Source of the DNA: Bacteroidota bacterium
Lineage (GTDB): Bacteria; Bacteroidota; Bacteroidia; CAILMK01; JACPUW01
Length of the DNA stretch: 64,000 nt
Direction of reading: 5' to 3'
NCBI GenBank assembly: GCA_016192035.1
Contig: JACPUW010000035.1
Coordinates: 52,323-116,322 of the forward strand
In this document: positions 9,748 to 20,427 of the stretch, piece after piece
Position numbering within the stretch: the stretch's first letter is position 1
How the letters are laid out: the number at the start of each line of letters is the position of its first letter
The notes under the pieces: generated by a model
What the model saw: the letters and a program-made list of their open reading frames with translations, nothing else
Database searches by the model: none
What the model was told of the DNA's origin: nothing
Position numbers and translations under genes: made by a program

Positions 9748-10610
9748 TGCGCTTTTTGGTTGACATAGGCTTTATGCCTTTCCGAATCCTTGACATACTG
9801 GATATAGCCCTGGTAGCCATTATCTTATATGTGCTGTATAAATTGGTGAAAGGCACCATAGCGCTAAACATCTCCTTGGGCATAGCGTCTATATTCTTTT
9901 TGTACTGGCTGGTAAGGACCCTGCAAATGCGCTTGGTGGCCGGCATCCTGGGCCAGTTCATTGAAGTGGGGGTAATAGCCTTGCTCATCGTCTTTCAGCA
10001 AGAAGTAAGGCGGGTGCTCTTGCTCATAGGCCGAAACACCCTGCGGGCACAACCTGGCAAAAACTGGCGAAGTTTTTTGCCCTGGAACTGGGAATTAAAG
10101 GAAGGTTTTGGTCTAAGTACCAATGAAATAGTAAGGGCATGCCTGTCTATGTCGGAAACAAAAACCGGCGCACTTATAGTCATTTCAGGCACCACCGACC
10201 TGCGCAACTTCAGCACCACGGGTGTGGAAATGAGGGCATTGCTTAGGGCGGAGCTACTAGAGACCATTTTTCAAAAAACCGCGCCCCTGCACGATGGGGC
10301 AGTGATCATAGCTTCCAACCTTATTGTGGCGGCCAGTTGCATCTTGCCCGTTACGCAGTCGCCCCAATTGCCCAGGCACTATGGTACCCGCCACCGCGCG
10401 GCAGTGGGGCTCACAGAGCAAACCGATGCCTTGGCCGTGATCGTGTCAGAAGAAACAGGAAGTATTTCCTTCTCCCGCAATGGTAACATAACCAGCGACT
10501 TGGACGCTGATTCCTTGCGCCAAGCCATAGAGCAATTTGTGGGGCGTGGCACCAAACCGGGTAGCCCTGCCAATGGGCCCACTGAAGCGCCCTCTCATCA
10601 TGGTGCATAG
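9747..10610 (+). CDS. cdaA: Diadenylate cyclase CdaA (DisA_N / DAC domain) with N-terminal TM helices
   Basis: Three N-terminal TM helices, then a DAC domain (GALIVISGTTDL...PLHDGAVIIASNLIVAASCILPVTQ...GTRHRAAVGLTEQTDALAVIVSEETGSIS). Its ATG overlaps the folP stop as TAATG. Confidence 0.8.
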   Translation: MRFLVDIGFMPFRILDILDIALVAIILYVLYKLVKGTIALNISLGIASIFFLYWLVRTLQMRLVAGILGQFIEVGVIALLIVFQQEVRRVLLLIGRNTLRAQPGKNWRSFLPWNWELKEGFGLSTNEIVRACLSMSETKTGALIVISGTTDLRNFSTTGVEMRALLRAELLETIFQKTAPLHDGAVIIASNLIVAASCILPVTQSPQLPRHYGTRHRAAVGLTEQTDALAVIVSEETGSISFSRNGNITSDLDADSLRQAIEQFVGRGTKPGSPANGPTEAPSHHGA

Positions 10611-10631
10611 TTCATAGACTCAATGCACTAG

Positions 10632-11288
10632 TTATTCAGAATATCCTTCGCTGCCAATCAGTGGCACAAACCGAAAGGAATCCAGTGTTTCACGTATGGG
10701 TTGTCCGTCGTGGGTTTTTCTTATCTTGTTCATTATTTGTACTTTGTTGCCCATGGGCAACAAAATGATGCCACCAGGGCGCAGTTGCTCCCAGAGGCTT
10801 TTGCCCAAGCCCGGGGCGGCAGCGGTCACTATGATCCGGTCAAAGGGGGCCATTTCAGGCCAGCCCAAACTGCCGTCGCCAATTTTAATTTGGGGATTGA
10901 AACCGAATTTGGAAAACATGGCAGCCGCACGGGGCAACAATTCGGGCAGCCGCTCCACCGTATAGAGCTGCGCCCCTAAAGCACAAAGGATACAGCCCTG
11001 GTAGCCTGATCCGGTACCTATTTCGAGTACTTTCATTCCCTTGGCCACTTCTAGGTGATGGGTTTGGTAGGCCACCGTGTAGGGTTGTGATATGGTTTGC
11101 CCATTGCCTATGGGCATGGCCTTGTCTTGATAGGCATGTTCATCAAGTGCATTGTCCAAAAAAAAGTGTCGCGGAATTAGGTCTATGGCCGTAAGGACAC
11201 GTTCATCGCGAATACCCTTGCTTAAAATGGTCTGGACCAATTTTTTCCTTAGGCTCTTGTGTTTGTATGAGTCTTCCAGGGGCTTCAA
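10632..11288 (-). CDS. pcm: Protein-L-isoaspartate O-methyltransferase
   Basis: VLEIGTGSGYQGCILCAL...DRIIVTAAAP...GGIILLPMG are the PIMT motifs. Confidence 0.85.
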   Translation of the reverse strand: MKPLEDSYKHKSLRKKLVQTILSKGIRDERVLTAIDLIPRHFFLDNALDEHAYQDKAMPIGNGQTISQPYTVAYQTHHLEVAKGMKVLEIGTGSGYQGCILCALGAQLYTVERLPELLPRAAAMFSKFGFNPQIKIGDGSLGWPEMAPFDRIIVTAAAPGLGKSLWEQLRPGGIILLPMGNKVQIMNKIRKTHDGQPIRETLDSFRFVPLIGSEGYSE

Positions 11289-11290
11289 TC

Positions 11291-11761
11291 TTACTTGTTT
11301 TTTGACAAGGAAATCTGTTGGGCTATATGGTTCATTTCACCTGGGGTTATGCTCCCTTTGGGCAAGTATATGAACTGGCTTGCCGAGAAGTAGATCATCA
11401 TTTCGCCTTTGCGCATGGCAAAGTGGTGTACCTCGGCATAGCTGTATTGGTCGCTGCTGCCATCACCGTGGAGCACGGTTATTTCTTGAGGTCCAAACCG
11501 GTAGCTTCTAGGAAGGGCCACCGCCCTGGCTGTGGGAGAGGAGGTATGCATGTATAGGTAGGCCACCACCCAAAGGGGGTTTACCACTCCATACACCAAC
11601 ATAAACCGTACTCCCCAATCAAATTCGGTGTCAATGGCTTGCAGAAGCACTGCCCCAGCAAAAGGCAGTAAGTATATCCACCAGGCTTTGGAAAACCGGT
11701 TTCTGAGCAATAGTTTGAAATAGGTCTTCTTCTCCAGGCGTATGTCATTGGCTTCTATCAT
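11291..11761 (-). CDS. Hypothetical membrane protein (YcxB-like)
   Basis: 156 aa with two predicted TM helices. No catalytic motif. Confidence 0.4.
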   Translation of the reverse strand: MIEANDIRLEKKTYFKLLLRNRFSKAWWIYLLPFAGAVLLQAIDTEFDWGVRFMLVYGVVNPLWVVAYLYMHTSSPTARAVALPRSYRFGPQEITVLHGDGSSDQYSYAEVHHFAMRKGEMMIYFSASQFIYLPKGSITPGEMNHIAQQISLSKNK

Positions 11762-12930
11762 GCAAGTTTCCTTAACCGGGCTGCAAAGAGGTGGTTGCTA
11801 TTGCTAGCCGCATGGTGCAGGTGGTATTGGCCCAGCAATTCCATTTGGCCATTGGCACATACTTGCGCCACTACTTCCTCATTTTCGGCTGCAAATAGGG
11901 AACAGGTCATGTATAGCAGTTCACCACCGGTTTCTAAATAGCCCAGGGCAGCATCAACCATGTGCAATTGTTTGGATGCAAAAGACATGATGATGGGATA
12001 GTCCACCACATGCAGCATTTCGGGATGGTGGTTCCATGTGCCGCTGCCGGTACACGGCACATCGAGCAGTATGCCCCTAAAGGGAGCGCCGGTAGGGCTA
12101 CCCAAAGTCGATTCAAGGTCAAAGACAAAGGCTTGGGCTGTGACCTTGTGGCGGGCCATTCGTTCTTGGTAGTTTTTAAGTATGGATTTTCTTACGTCAG
12201 ACCCAAAGAGTGCCACTTCGGGGCATTTCTGTTTAAGAAGTAGGCTTTTGCCCCCTGAACCGCAACAGGCATCCCACCATTTTTCACCTGCTTTGGGATG
12301 CATGTGGGCTTGTGCCATTTGGGAGGATAGATCTTGGACATATAGGAGCCCCCTGGCATGGCTGGTCAATTGTTCCAAATTTGTGCCATGGGGCAGCATA
12401 AAGCCCTTGCCGCCCACAGCGGTGTATTGCCAGCCAAGGGTATCCATTTCGCGGGTTACGGCATAGGTCTTATCCCAGATGTGTACGTAGAGTGGCTGTG
12501 GTTTCACCAGGCCCTGGGCCACCTGTACCTTGGTAAGGCCTGATGAAAGCGGTTCGTCAAAAGGGAACAGGCTGTTTACCACATCTATGCCCAAATGACT
12601 GCTGAGCTGCTCGGCCTTGGCTTCAAAGGGTTGATCAACATTAAAACCGGAAATGGGAAGCCATTCGTGCGCTATTTGTTGAAGGGATGGGTACCCTTCA
12701 GGTGATAGGTAGGCTATGGAAGCAACAACCTGCTCAAAAGACAGGTTGTTTTTGAGCTGTCCACCCTTAAAGTAAGCAAACAGTAGGTCGCGGATGGTTT
12801 TCCTATCCTTTTTTCCATGCTTTTTGTGCAGCGAAAAGTACTCTTTTAAGTACTTGAGTAATGGGATTTCAAAGCTGTAGTTGGCTGCCAGCGTCTGGGC
12901 TGCAAGCACATGCTGGCCTATATATTTCAT
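11758..12930 (-). CDS. RsmB/NOP2/Sun-family rRNA cytosine-C5 methyltransferase
   Basis: WWDACCGSGGKSLLL (SAM motif I), DVPCTGSGT, and the PC/TC catalytic cysteines (LLYMTCSL). Confidence 0.8.
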   Translation of the reverse strand: MKYIGQHVLAAQTLAANYSFEIPLLKYLKEYFSLHKKHGKKDRKTIRDLLFAYFKGGQLKNNLSFEQVVASIAYLSPEGYPSLQQIAHEWLPISGFNVDQPFEAKAEQLSSHLGIDVVNSLFPFDEPLSSGLTKVQVAQGLVKPQPLYVHIWDKTYAVTREMDTLGWQYTAVGGKGFMLPHGTNLEQLTSHARGLLYVQDLSSQMAQAHMHPKAGEKWWDACCGSGGKSLLLKQKCPEVALFGSDVRKSILKNYQERMARHKVTAQAFVFDLESTLGSPTGAPFRGILLDVPCTGSGTWNHHPEMLHVVDYPIIMSFASKQLHMVDAALGYLETGGELLYMTCSLFAAENEEVVAQVCANGQMELLGQYHLHHAASNSNHLFAARLRKLA

Positions 12931-14180
12931 TTTATTTCAATCAATTGATCGTTCACCAGTTTTAATATCTTAACATGGTCGTTGTAAAATACCAAATTGG
13001 AGGGGTCCTGGGCTAGGTGGAGCGACTCAAAGGGCAAAGAAAGTTCAAGTTGGTTGAGCTTGGCCTGAAAATTTGCTCCGTAATTGTTCAGGTACAGGCA
13101 GTAATATAAGGTTTCCACAAAACCTGATATGGCGTATCGGCTGGGTTCGGCATGATATTTCTGTCGGTAATGCGCTACAAAGGATTGCAGAAGGGTGTCG
13201 GTATAGTCCACATAACCTGTGGCTATAATGTGCATATCAAGTTTCTGCCACGCTGATACATCCAGGCTCTGGAATTCCAGCCAAGACTCACGGCCTACCA
13301 CCTTGTGAGGGTCCAGCGTACGGCGCAGTTCAGCCAATACGGAGGTAACAAAAGGTTCCTTGTCGCTACAAATCAGCACCACGGCGCTATCTGGAAGGGA
13401 ACCGGAAAGGGCACCCCGTTCCACATAACTTCCTTCTATTTCTTGTATCCGGGCTTTGGCGGCAACGTCTTGGGGCAGCAAAGCCAGTATGCCTTTGGCT
13501 TCTTCCAATTCATAAGCCACAGATCGGCAATAGATTACTACGGAATAATCATTGCCGTACTTGGATGTTATCAGTTCGGCAGCCGCTCGGCTCAGCACAT
13601 GGACCGGGGGTTTTGACAAGAAAATCCTATCGTTGAGTCCGTTAAGCCCTTCAAAAGTGGCTAGTGGCGAAACCATATTGATCTTGTGCGCCTGCACAAA
13701 AGGGGCTACCAAGCGGATATGGTCAGGGGTCAATGGCCCCATAAGCAAATCGGCATTGGTTAAGGTTTTCAATTGCCGGCCCAGTTCTGCGGTATCTCCC
13801 CGGGTGTCAATTAGGCCTACATTGGCATTAAAACCTATGGTACGCAAGGTATCAAATGCCAGGCGGGCACCTAACCAAAAGTCCATGGACCAAGCAGCCA
13901 AGTACTTGTTTCTTTCTGATATGCCGGGATACTCATGGAGGAACAAGGGCAAAAGAAAAGCTATCTCGTATTGCTCTTTTGGGTCGTAAGGGTACACCAG
14001 GTCAAGGGAGTCGGGCCCTTTGTCAATTTCATCCTGCCCTACTCCTGCCGAATCTAGCACCGCCTCATCCTCTTTCATTTCCCAAGGGGTTTTGTCCACG
14101 GCCTTGCGGGTGGAGCCACAAGAAGCAAACGTGCTCAATGCCATAAAAATGAGCAATTTGTACAGTTTACTTACATGCAT
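12927..14180 (-). CDS. Periplasmic-binding-protein type 1 (LivK-like) lipoprotein
   Basis: Signal peptide plus lipobox (MALSTFASCGS). Overall PBP1-like arrangement. The ORF extends to 14240. Confidence 0.5.
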   Translation of the reverse strand: MHVSKLYKLLIFMALSTFASCGSTRKAVDKTPWEMKEDEAVLDSAGVGQDEIDKGPDSLDLVYPYDPKEQYEIAFLLPLFLHEYPGISERNKYLAAWSMDFWLGARLAFDTLRTIGFNANVGLIDTRGDTAELGRQLKTLTNADLLMGPLTPDHIRLVAPFVQAHKINMVSPLATFEGLNGLNDRIFLSKPPVHVLSRAAAELITSKYGNDYSVVIYCRSVAYELEEAKGILALLPQDVAAKARIQEIEGSYVERGALSGSLPDSAVVLICSDKEPFVTSVLAELRRTLDPHKVVGRESWLEFQSLDVSAWQKLDMHIIATGYVDYTDTLLQSFVAHYRQKYHAEPSRYAISGFVETLYYCLYLNNYGANFQAKLNQLELSLPFESLHLAQDPSNLVFYNDHVKILKLVNDQLIEIK

Positions 14181-14246
14181 AGGGATGAGACTTTGAGCCG
14201 CGAATTTAATTGCCCCTTGGGGCTGCCGGCTTCTTAACATGCTGCA

Positions 14247-15770
14247 CTACTCCCACTCAATGGTAGCGGGCGGCTTGGAGCTTACGTCATACACCACGCG
14301 GTTTATGCCCCTTACTTTATTGATGATATCACTTGACACCTTGGCCAAGAGTTCATGGGGTAAGTGGACCCAGTCGGCGGTCATGCCGTCCACTGAGCTC
14401 ACAGCCCTAAGAGCAACCACCTGCTCGTACGTGCGCTCGTCGCCCATAACCCCCACCGAGTGTATGGGGAGCAATATGGTAGCAGCTTGCCAGGTTTTAT
14501 CATACCAGCCCGATTTCTTAAGGTGTTCTATAAATATGGCGTCTGCCTCTTGCAGCAATGCCACCTTTTGGGTATTCACCTCCCCAAGTATTCTTATGGA
14601 AAGCCCGGGCCCGGGAAAAGGGTGCCGTTGCAGGATTTGGCTGGGAATGCCCAGCTGTGCACCTACTTGGCGCACTTCATCCTTGAACAGGAGCCGAAGG
14701 GGCTCCAATACCTTAAGGTGCATTTTTTCGGGCAAGCCTCCCACGTTGTGGTGGGATTTAATGGTAACTGAAGGCCCTTTAACGCTAAGTGATTCAATTA
14801 CATCTGGATATATGGTGCCTTGGCCCAGCCAGGCGGCCCCTTTTATATTGCCGGCTGCGCGCTGAAAAACGTCCACAAATACCTTCCCCACGGCTTTGCG
14901 CTTGGCTTCGGGTTCGGTCAAACCGGCCAAGGCTTGAAGGAATTCTTGTCGGGCATCAATGCCAATCACGTTGAGGCCCATGAGCTTGTACGATTCCAGT
15001 ACATCGTGAAATTCGTTCTTTCGCAGGAGGCCATTGTCCACAAAAAGACAGGTGAGCCTAGGCCCAATGGCTTGGTGTATGAGTTCGGCTGCTACGGTGG
15101 AGTCCACGCCGCCAGAGAGGCCCATCACCACGTAGTCCAGGCCCACGGTTTTTTGTATCTGGTCTATGGTTTCTTGTACAAATTGGGCAGCAGTCCAGTC
15201 CTTGGAAAAGCCACAGATGTCCAAAAAATTGTCTAGCAGTGTTTTACCCTGCTCGGTATGGTGTACTTCCGGATGAAATTGTATGCCCCAGGCATGTCTG
15301 CCTTCAATATGGAAGGCCGCATTGGCCACATCGGCAGTGGAGGCTATGGGTTTAAAGTTTTGGGGCAACAAGCCTATGGTGTCGCCGTGCGACATCCAAA
15401 CTTGTGAACGGGGTGATATCCCTTGGAGCAATCGATTGTCAGTCAGTGTTTCCAGGTGGGCCCTGCCGTATTCGCGGCTATCAGATTTGGACACATGGCC
15501 GCCGCCCAGGTGGGCCATCAGTTGGGCGCCGTAGCATATGCCGAGTACCGGAATTTGAGGAGGAAACTTGTCAATCTGTATGGTTGGGGCTCCGGGGTCG
15601 CGCACGGAACAAGGACTTCCCGAAAGGATGATGCCCTTAACCGAGGCATCAAGGGGCGGAAGGTGGTGATAAGGATGGATTTCAGCATAGACTTGAAGCT
15701 CTCGCACCTTACGCGCAATGAGCTGGGTGTATTGCGATCCGAAATCTATGATTACCAGCTTTTCTTCCAA
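14247..15770 (-). CDS. guaA: GMP synthase (glutamine-hydrolysing)
   Basis: N-terminal GATase ([18 protein letters not shown]...GICYGAQL) and ATP-PPase domain ([12 protein letters not shown]). 507 aa. Confidence 0.95.
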   Translation of the reverse strand: MEEKLVIIDFGSQYTQLIARKVRELQVYAEIHPYHHLPPLDASVKGIILSGSPCSVRDPGAPTIQIDKFPPQIPVLGICYGAQLMAHLGGGHVSKSDSREYGRAHLETLTDNRLLQGISPRSQVWMSHGDTIGLLPQNFKPIASTADVANAAFHIEGRHAWGIQFHPEVHHTEQGKTLLDNFLDICGFSKDWTAAQFVQETIDQIQKTVGLDYVVMGLSGGVDSTVAAELIHQAIGPRLTCLFVDNGLLRKNEFHDVLESYKLMGLNVIGIDARQEFLQALAGLTEPEAKRKAVGKVFVDVFQRAAGNIKGAAWLGQGTIYPDVIESLSVKGPSVTIKSHHNVGGLPEKMHLKVLEPLRLLFKDEVRQVGAQLGIPSQILQRHPFPGPGLSIRILGEVNTQKVALLQEADAIFIEHLKKSGWYDKTWQAATILLPIHSVGVMGDERTYEQVVALRAVSSVDGMTADWVHLPHELLAKVSSDIINKVRGINRVVYDVSSKPPATIEWE

Positions 15771-15844
15771 GGGAAAAAGTTTATGGGTTGGACGGTATGG
15801 GATGGGCTGGCTAAGGCGGCCAAATAAGAAGGTAGCGGAAGGGC

Positions 15845-15935
15845 TTACTTCTTTTCTATGAACTTTCCGTTTTTCACCTCACCTAAAATAATCACTTCCT
15901 TGGTTTTGGCGTATTCCCTTGCGGCTTGATTCATT
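15845..15935 (-). CDS. Possible small ORF (29 aa) upstream of guaA; may be a gene remnant
   Basis: ATG at 15935 reads [29 protein letters not shown] with stop at 15845. No support beyond the open frame. Confidence 0.15.
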
Positions 15936-16119
15936 TCTTCCCTTGAATCCCTTCTGAGCTTGATGCCTGAGGCAGCCCCGGGGTTTCGTACTTCCAAGTA
16001 AAACCCATTCTTGAGGGTTTTGGGCTTGGTTGGTGGTCTTCCAGCGATGGCAGTAGAAATTTAATTTTGGTGCGCGAAAGTAGGTAATGAAAGGGACTTA
16101 TCCAAGATTTAACAAAGAA

Positions 16120-16167
16120 AAAATGAAAAAGCCCCAAAACTTATGGTCTTGGGGCTGTACAATTTTT
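16120..16167 (-). terminator. Rho-independent terminator of the RRM-protein gene
   Basis: Perfect inverted repeat GCCCCAA (16131-16137) / TTGGGGC (16149-16155) with an 11 nt loop. On the minus strand it is followed by TTTTT (A-tract 16126-16130 on plus), 28 nt downstream of the stop at 16183. Confidence 0.65.
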
Positions 16168-16182
16168 GGGTAAGACTATAGT

Positions 16183-16512
16183 CTAGTACGACCTGCGTGG
16201 CCTGCGGTCGAAATTGTCACGGCGTGGGGGCCTTCCGCCTCCTCCACCACCTCCTGAGTTGCCTCGGGAGTTTTCGTCGCGTGCTTCCTTCACCACGATG
16301 GTCCTGCCATCTAGTTCGGTTTCGTTGAGTGCGTTGATGGCTTCTTGGGCCTCGTTGTCGTCACTCATTTCCACAAAGCCAAATCCCTTTGACTTTCCGG
16401 TGTCTTTGTCCATGATTACCCTGGCAGAGGTTACCTCGCCGTAACGTTCGAATGCTTGTTGAAGACCATCGTTTGTGGTCGAATAGCTCAAGCGTGCTAC
16501 AAAAAGATTCAT
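16183..16512 (-). CDS. RRM-type RNA-binding protein with glycine/arginine-rich tail
   Basis: RNP-2 LFVARLSY and RNP-1 KGFGFVEM, then a C-terminal GGGGGGGRPPRRD tail. Confidence 0.8.
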   Translation of the reverse strand: MNLFVARLSYSTTNDGLQQAFERYGEVTSARVIMDKDTGKSKGFGFVEMSDDNEAQEAINALNETELDGRTIVVKEARDENSRGNSGGGGGGGRPPRRDNFDRRPRRSY

Positions 16513-16662
16513 TTAGTAAAGAAATTAAGGTAAAACAAGCGCTCATTCAACAAAAAAGCTGGGTCGGGGGATGGCGATTGCCTTAGCCTTAGCAAACAGA
16601 AAGTTGAATTAACGGCACGAAAGTAAGTGCCTTTTATTTAGAGTGGTGCACAGGCCTAAAGA

Positions 16663-19326
16663 TTATTTTTTATCCAGCCGCAGGAGCTTGGCCTGGATGC
16701 TCTCTATTTTTTCCAGCGTATCCTTTCTTTTCTTTTGTTCGCGCTCCACCACACTGGCTGGTGCCGACTGTATAAAGCTTTGATTGTCAAGTTTTTTTTC
16801 TATTCCCACCAAGAATCCTTCCAAGCGTTTCAATTCCTGTAGTTCAGATTCTATGGCCGTACCGTCCAGAAATGTGGTGCTGTCTAGGTCAAACAATTCC
16901 ATGGTGCCCGATAGAAAGGAAGCCTTTCCGCTGGGCTTGTCAATATAGGCAGCCCAAAGGCCAATACCGGCGGCAAACTGGATGAGGGCTGCATAGGGCG
17001 ACAGGCGATTATGGTCGGCCTGGGGCACCGCAACCTGGAGTGTTTCGCGCAATCCTTTGTTATGCTGTATCTTGTAGTTTCTCACATCCGATGTCAGGCG
17101 CGATATGGCGGCATAGTCTTGGCCATATTGGGCTGACCGGTCCCTGGCGGCTACCGGATAGGCAGCCGTACAGATGCTCTCGCCGGGAACGCGCTGGGCC
17201 AACATGTGGTACAGGGTCTCGGTTACGAAAGGCATAAACGGATGCAGAAGGCGCAAGCATTGGTCAAACAGGGACACTGTTGCCTCATAGGCGTGGCGGT
17301 CAATCACCGTATCCTTTCTTGGTTTTACCCACTCCAAGTAATTGCTGCAGAAGTCGTCCCAGATCAATCGATACACCAATTGAAGGGCTTCTGACATTTT
17401 GAAGCGCTCATAGGCTTCCTCCGTCTCGGCACATACTTCTTGAAAACGGGCTTGGAAGAGCGTCAAAGCTGCAGCATTTTTCTCTACAATTTCAGCAGGG
17501 GCATTGTCCACAATTTTCTCAAAGCCATGCCAAGACTCCATGAGCTTGAAGGCATTCCAGATTTTATTGATAAAATGGCCTCCTTGTTCGCAGAGTTTTT
17601 CGCCAAAAAGAAGGTCATTGCCCGCAGGACTGGCTATCAATATGCCAAAACGTACGCTATCGGCCCCGTATTGGTCTATAAGTTTAAGAAGATCAGGTGA
17701 ATTGCCCAGTTGTTTTGACATCTTGCGGCCCAGTTCATCACGCACCAAACCGGTAAAATACACATGTTCAAAAGGCTTGTTACCCCTATAGGCGTAACCT
17801 GCCATAACCATTCGCGCCACCCAAAAGAAAATGATGTCAGGTCCGGTTACCAATACCTGTGTAGGGTAATAATAGGTTATCTCCTTGTTTTTGGGATGGG
17901 CCACCCCGTCAAACACGGATATAGGCCAAAGCCAGGATGAAAACCAGGTGTCGAGCACATCAGGATCTTGTGTCAAATGGGCTGCTTGAACATCGGCTTG
18001 GAGTGCCCTGGCCGCAATTAGCGCATCTTCTTCGTGGTGTGCCACCACGTATCGGCCATCGGGCAGATACCATACGGGTATTCTGTGGCCCCACCATAGT
18101 TGCCTTGAAATGCACCAATCCTTGATGTTTTCCATCCAGTGGCGGTAGGTATTGACCATTTTGGAGGGGTGAAACTGCACCTGCCCGTTCAGCACACAGT
18201 CAAGGGCAGGCTTGGCCAGGTCTTCCATGCGGCAAAACCACTGCATGGACAGGCGCGGCTCAATAACGGCACCCGTACGCTCCGAATGGCCCACATTATG
18301 GGTTAGGTTTTCAACTTTGGAAAGTAAGCCTTTGTCAGATAGTATTTTGGCTATCTCTATGCGGGCCTCATGCCGGTCCATTCCCACGCAGATTTTGGCA
18401 TTCTCATTCAGGGTGCCATCAGGATTCAAGAGGTCAATAGTGGGCAGGCCATGTTTTTTGCCCAGTTCATGGTCGTTCACGTCATGGGCCGGGGTTACCT
18501 TTAGGCATCCTGTACCAAACTCCTTATCCACATATTCATCAGCTATGATGGGTATCTCACGCCCTATCAGTGGCACTTCCACTTTTTTGCCTATGAGGTG
18601 GACAAACCGGGGGTCGGTGGGGTTCACACACACCGCCGTGTCTGCCATGATGGTTTCAGGGCGGGTGGTGGCTATGGTTAGGTACTCTTGGGTGCCCACT
18701 TGTCGGTAAAGCACGTAGTACAGTTTGTCCACGCACTCTTTATGTACCACCTCTTCATCTGACAGGGCAGTCATTGCCCTAGGGTCCCAGTTTACCATGC
18801 GGGTGCCACGGTATATTAGCCCTTGGTTGTACAACCGCGCAAAGGCATCAATCACAGCTTTATAGCGTGTTTCATCCATGGTAAATGCCGTGCGTCTCCA
18901 GTCACATGACGCACCCATTTTTTTTAGCTGGCCCAGGATGATCCCACCATATTTCTCCTTCCAAGCAAAAGCGTGCTCCAAAAATTTTTCCCTACCAATT
19001 GTCCATTTGTCCAAACCCTTTTCCTTCAGCAAGCCCACTACTTTGGCCTCTGTGGCTATAGAGGCGTGGTCGGTGCCGGGCACCCAGCAGGCATTATACC
19101 CCCTCATGCGGGCCCGGCGGATCAGAATGTCCTGTATGGTGTTGTTGAGCATATGCCCCATGTGCAACACGCCGGTTACGTTTGGCGGCGGAATTACTAT
19201 GGTATAGGGTTCCCGCTGGTCGGGATCAGATTCAAACAGTTTATTGTCTAGCCAGTATTGGTACCATGAATCTTCTACTTCGGCGTGGTTATATGCCTTA
19301 GGGGCAGTTTTTTGGCTTGGTATCAT
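16663..19326 (-). CDS. valS: Valine--tRNA ligase
   Basis: Class I HIGH-type (HMGHMLNNTIQD) and KMSKS (KMSKQLGNSPD) motifs. About 887 aa from the M at 19326; the ORF extends to 19422. Confidence 0.95.
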   Translation of the reverse strand: MIPSQKTAPKAYNHAEVEDSWYQYWLDNKLFESDPDQREPYTIVIPPPNVTGVLHMGHMLNNTIQDILIRRARMRGYNACWVPGTDHASIATEAKVVGLLKEKGLDKWTIGREKFLEHAFAWKEKYGGIILGQLKKMGASCDWRRTAFTMDETRYKAVIDAFARLYNQGLIYRGTRMVNWDPRAMTALSDEEVVHKECVDKLYYVLYRQVGTQEYLTIATTRPETIMADTAVCVNPTDPRFVHLIGKKVEVPLIGREIPIIADEYVDKEFGTGCLKVTPAHDVNDHELGKKHGLPTIDLLNPDGTLNENAKICVGMDRHEARIEIAKILSDKGLLSKVENLTHNVGHSERTGAVIEPRLSMQWFCRMEDLAKPALDCVLNGQVQFHPSKMVNTYRHWMENIKDWCISRQLWWGHRIPVWYLPDGRYVVAHHEEDALIAARALQADVQAAHLTQDPDVLDTWFSSWLWPISVFDGVAHPKNKEITYYYPTQVLVTGPDIIFFWVARMVMAGYAYRGNKPFEHVYFTGLVRDELGRKMSKQLGNSPDLLKLIDQYGADSVRFGILIASPAGNDLLFGEKLCEQGGHFINKIWNAFKLMESWHGFEKIVDNAPAEIVEKNAAALTLFQARFQEVCAETEEAYERFKMSEALQLVYRLIWDDFCSNYLEWVKPRKDTVIDRHAYEATVSLFDQCLRLLHPFMPFVTETLYHMLAQRVPGESICTAAYPVAARDRSAQYGQDYAAISRLTSDVRNYKIQHNKGLRETLQVAVPQADHNRLSPYAALIQFAAGIGLWAAYIDKPSGKASFLSGTMELFDLDSTTFLDGTAIESELQELKRLEGFLVGIEKKLDNQSFIQSAPASVVEREQKKRKDTLEKIESIQAKLLRLDKK

Positions 19327-19451
19327 GCGGGGGCAAATATAGGCCCTTGGAATTGGCCATTTCAGGGGTTTAGGGGGCGCGGTATCCATTACAAAGCCAT
19401 ATTTGCCGGGTGCAAAAGCCAAGCAATGGTTGGGCCTACAAGGCCAAGGAT

Positions 19452-20237
19452 ATGGGCATGTGGCTGCGCGGTATTGGTGCCCAATGGCGAATGCTGCCCC
19501 ACTTTATAATAGCTGGCGTACAAAAGGGAGGTACCACCTCGCTGTATGCTTACCTGGACCAACATCCTGACATGAAACTTTCGCGGCCCAAGGAGGTGCA
19601 TTTTTTTGATGAGCAGTACCACAGGGGTTTGGCATACTATAGAAGGGTATTTCCTTTTGCATGGCGCGGATTGATTACGGGTGAAGCATCGCCATACTAC
19701 TTCTTCCACCCTTTGGTGCCACAGCGCGTGTGCGAATCGCTGCCTGGGGTCAAGGTAATCGTATTGCTGCGCAACCCCATTATGCGGGCATATTCACACT
19801 ACCATATGCAGCGCCGGGCCGGCGTAGAGCCCCTGGAGAGTTTTGACGAAGCCGTAGCGGCCGAAGCAGGCCGGCTGGAAGGGGAGGAACACCGAATCTT
19901 GACCAATGGCAACTATATACCCCTGGCATATAAACGGTACAGCTATGTGGCCAGGGGGATGTACCATGTGCAGGCACAGCGGTGGATTGGCGCGTTGGGA
20001 AGGGAGCAAATCTTATTTGTAAAAAGCGAACATCTGCTGCAAGACCCTGAAAAGGAATTATGTAAGGTGTACGATTTTATAGGGGTCAATAGGGTATTGC
20101 CCGCCATGCTTCCGCAAAAACACGTGGGTGAGTACCCGGCCATGGCCCAAACCACCCGGGATTACCTACAGGCCGTGTTTGCGCAAGACCAAGAAAGGCT
20201 TGTGCAACTGTTGGGGCCTGACTTTGGGTGGTTTTAA
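19452..20237 (+). CDS. PAPS-dependent sulfotransferase (heparan-sulfate-OST-like Sulfotransfer family)
   Basis: 5'-PSB motif PHFIIAGVQKGGTTSL and 3'-PB motif VLLRNPIMRAYSHY. The ORF begins at 19410. Confidence 0.7.
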   Translation: MGMWLRGIGAQWRMLPHFIIAGVQKGGTTSLYAYLDQHPDMKLSRPKEVHFFDEQYHRGLAYYRRVFPFAWRGLITGEASPYYFFHPLVPQRVCESLPGVKVIVLLRNPIMRAYSHYHMQRRAGVEPLESFDEAVAAEAGRLEGEEHRILTNGNYIPLAYKRYSYVARGMYHVQAQRWIGALGREQILFVKSEHLLQDPEKELCKVYDFIGVNRVLPAMLPQKHVGEYPAMAQTTRDYLQAVFAQDQERLVQLLGPDFGWF

Positions 20238-20427
20238 CCAGGCACCCAATCCAGCCTTGATAGGGGGGTAATGAGGTTATCGGGTTTGATTTGACAAACA
20301 GTGGGTTACAAATAATTCTAAAGGCCTTGGATACGGCCATGCGGGCACAACGGCCAGTGGTATTGGCCAAAAAGTTCCATCTTTGCCCAGAGGGGCTTGG
20401 CCCCAATACAGGATGCACAGAGAGAAA

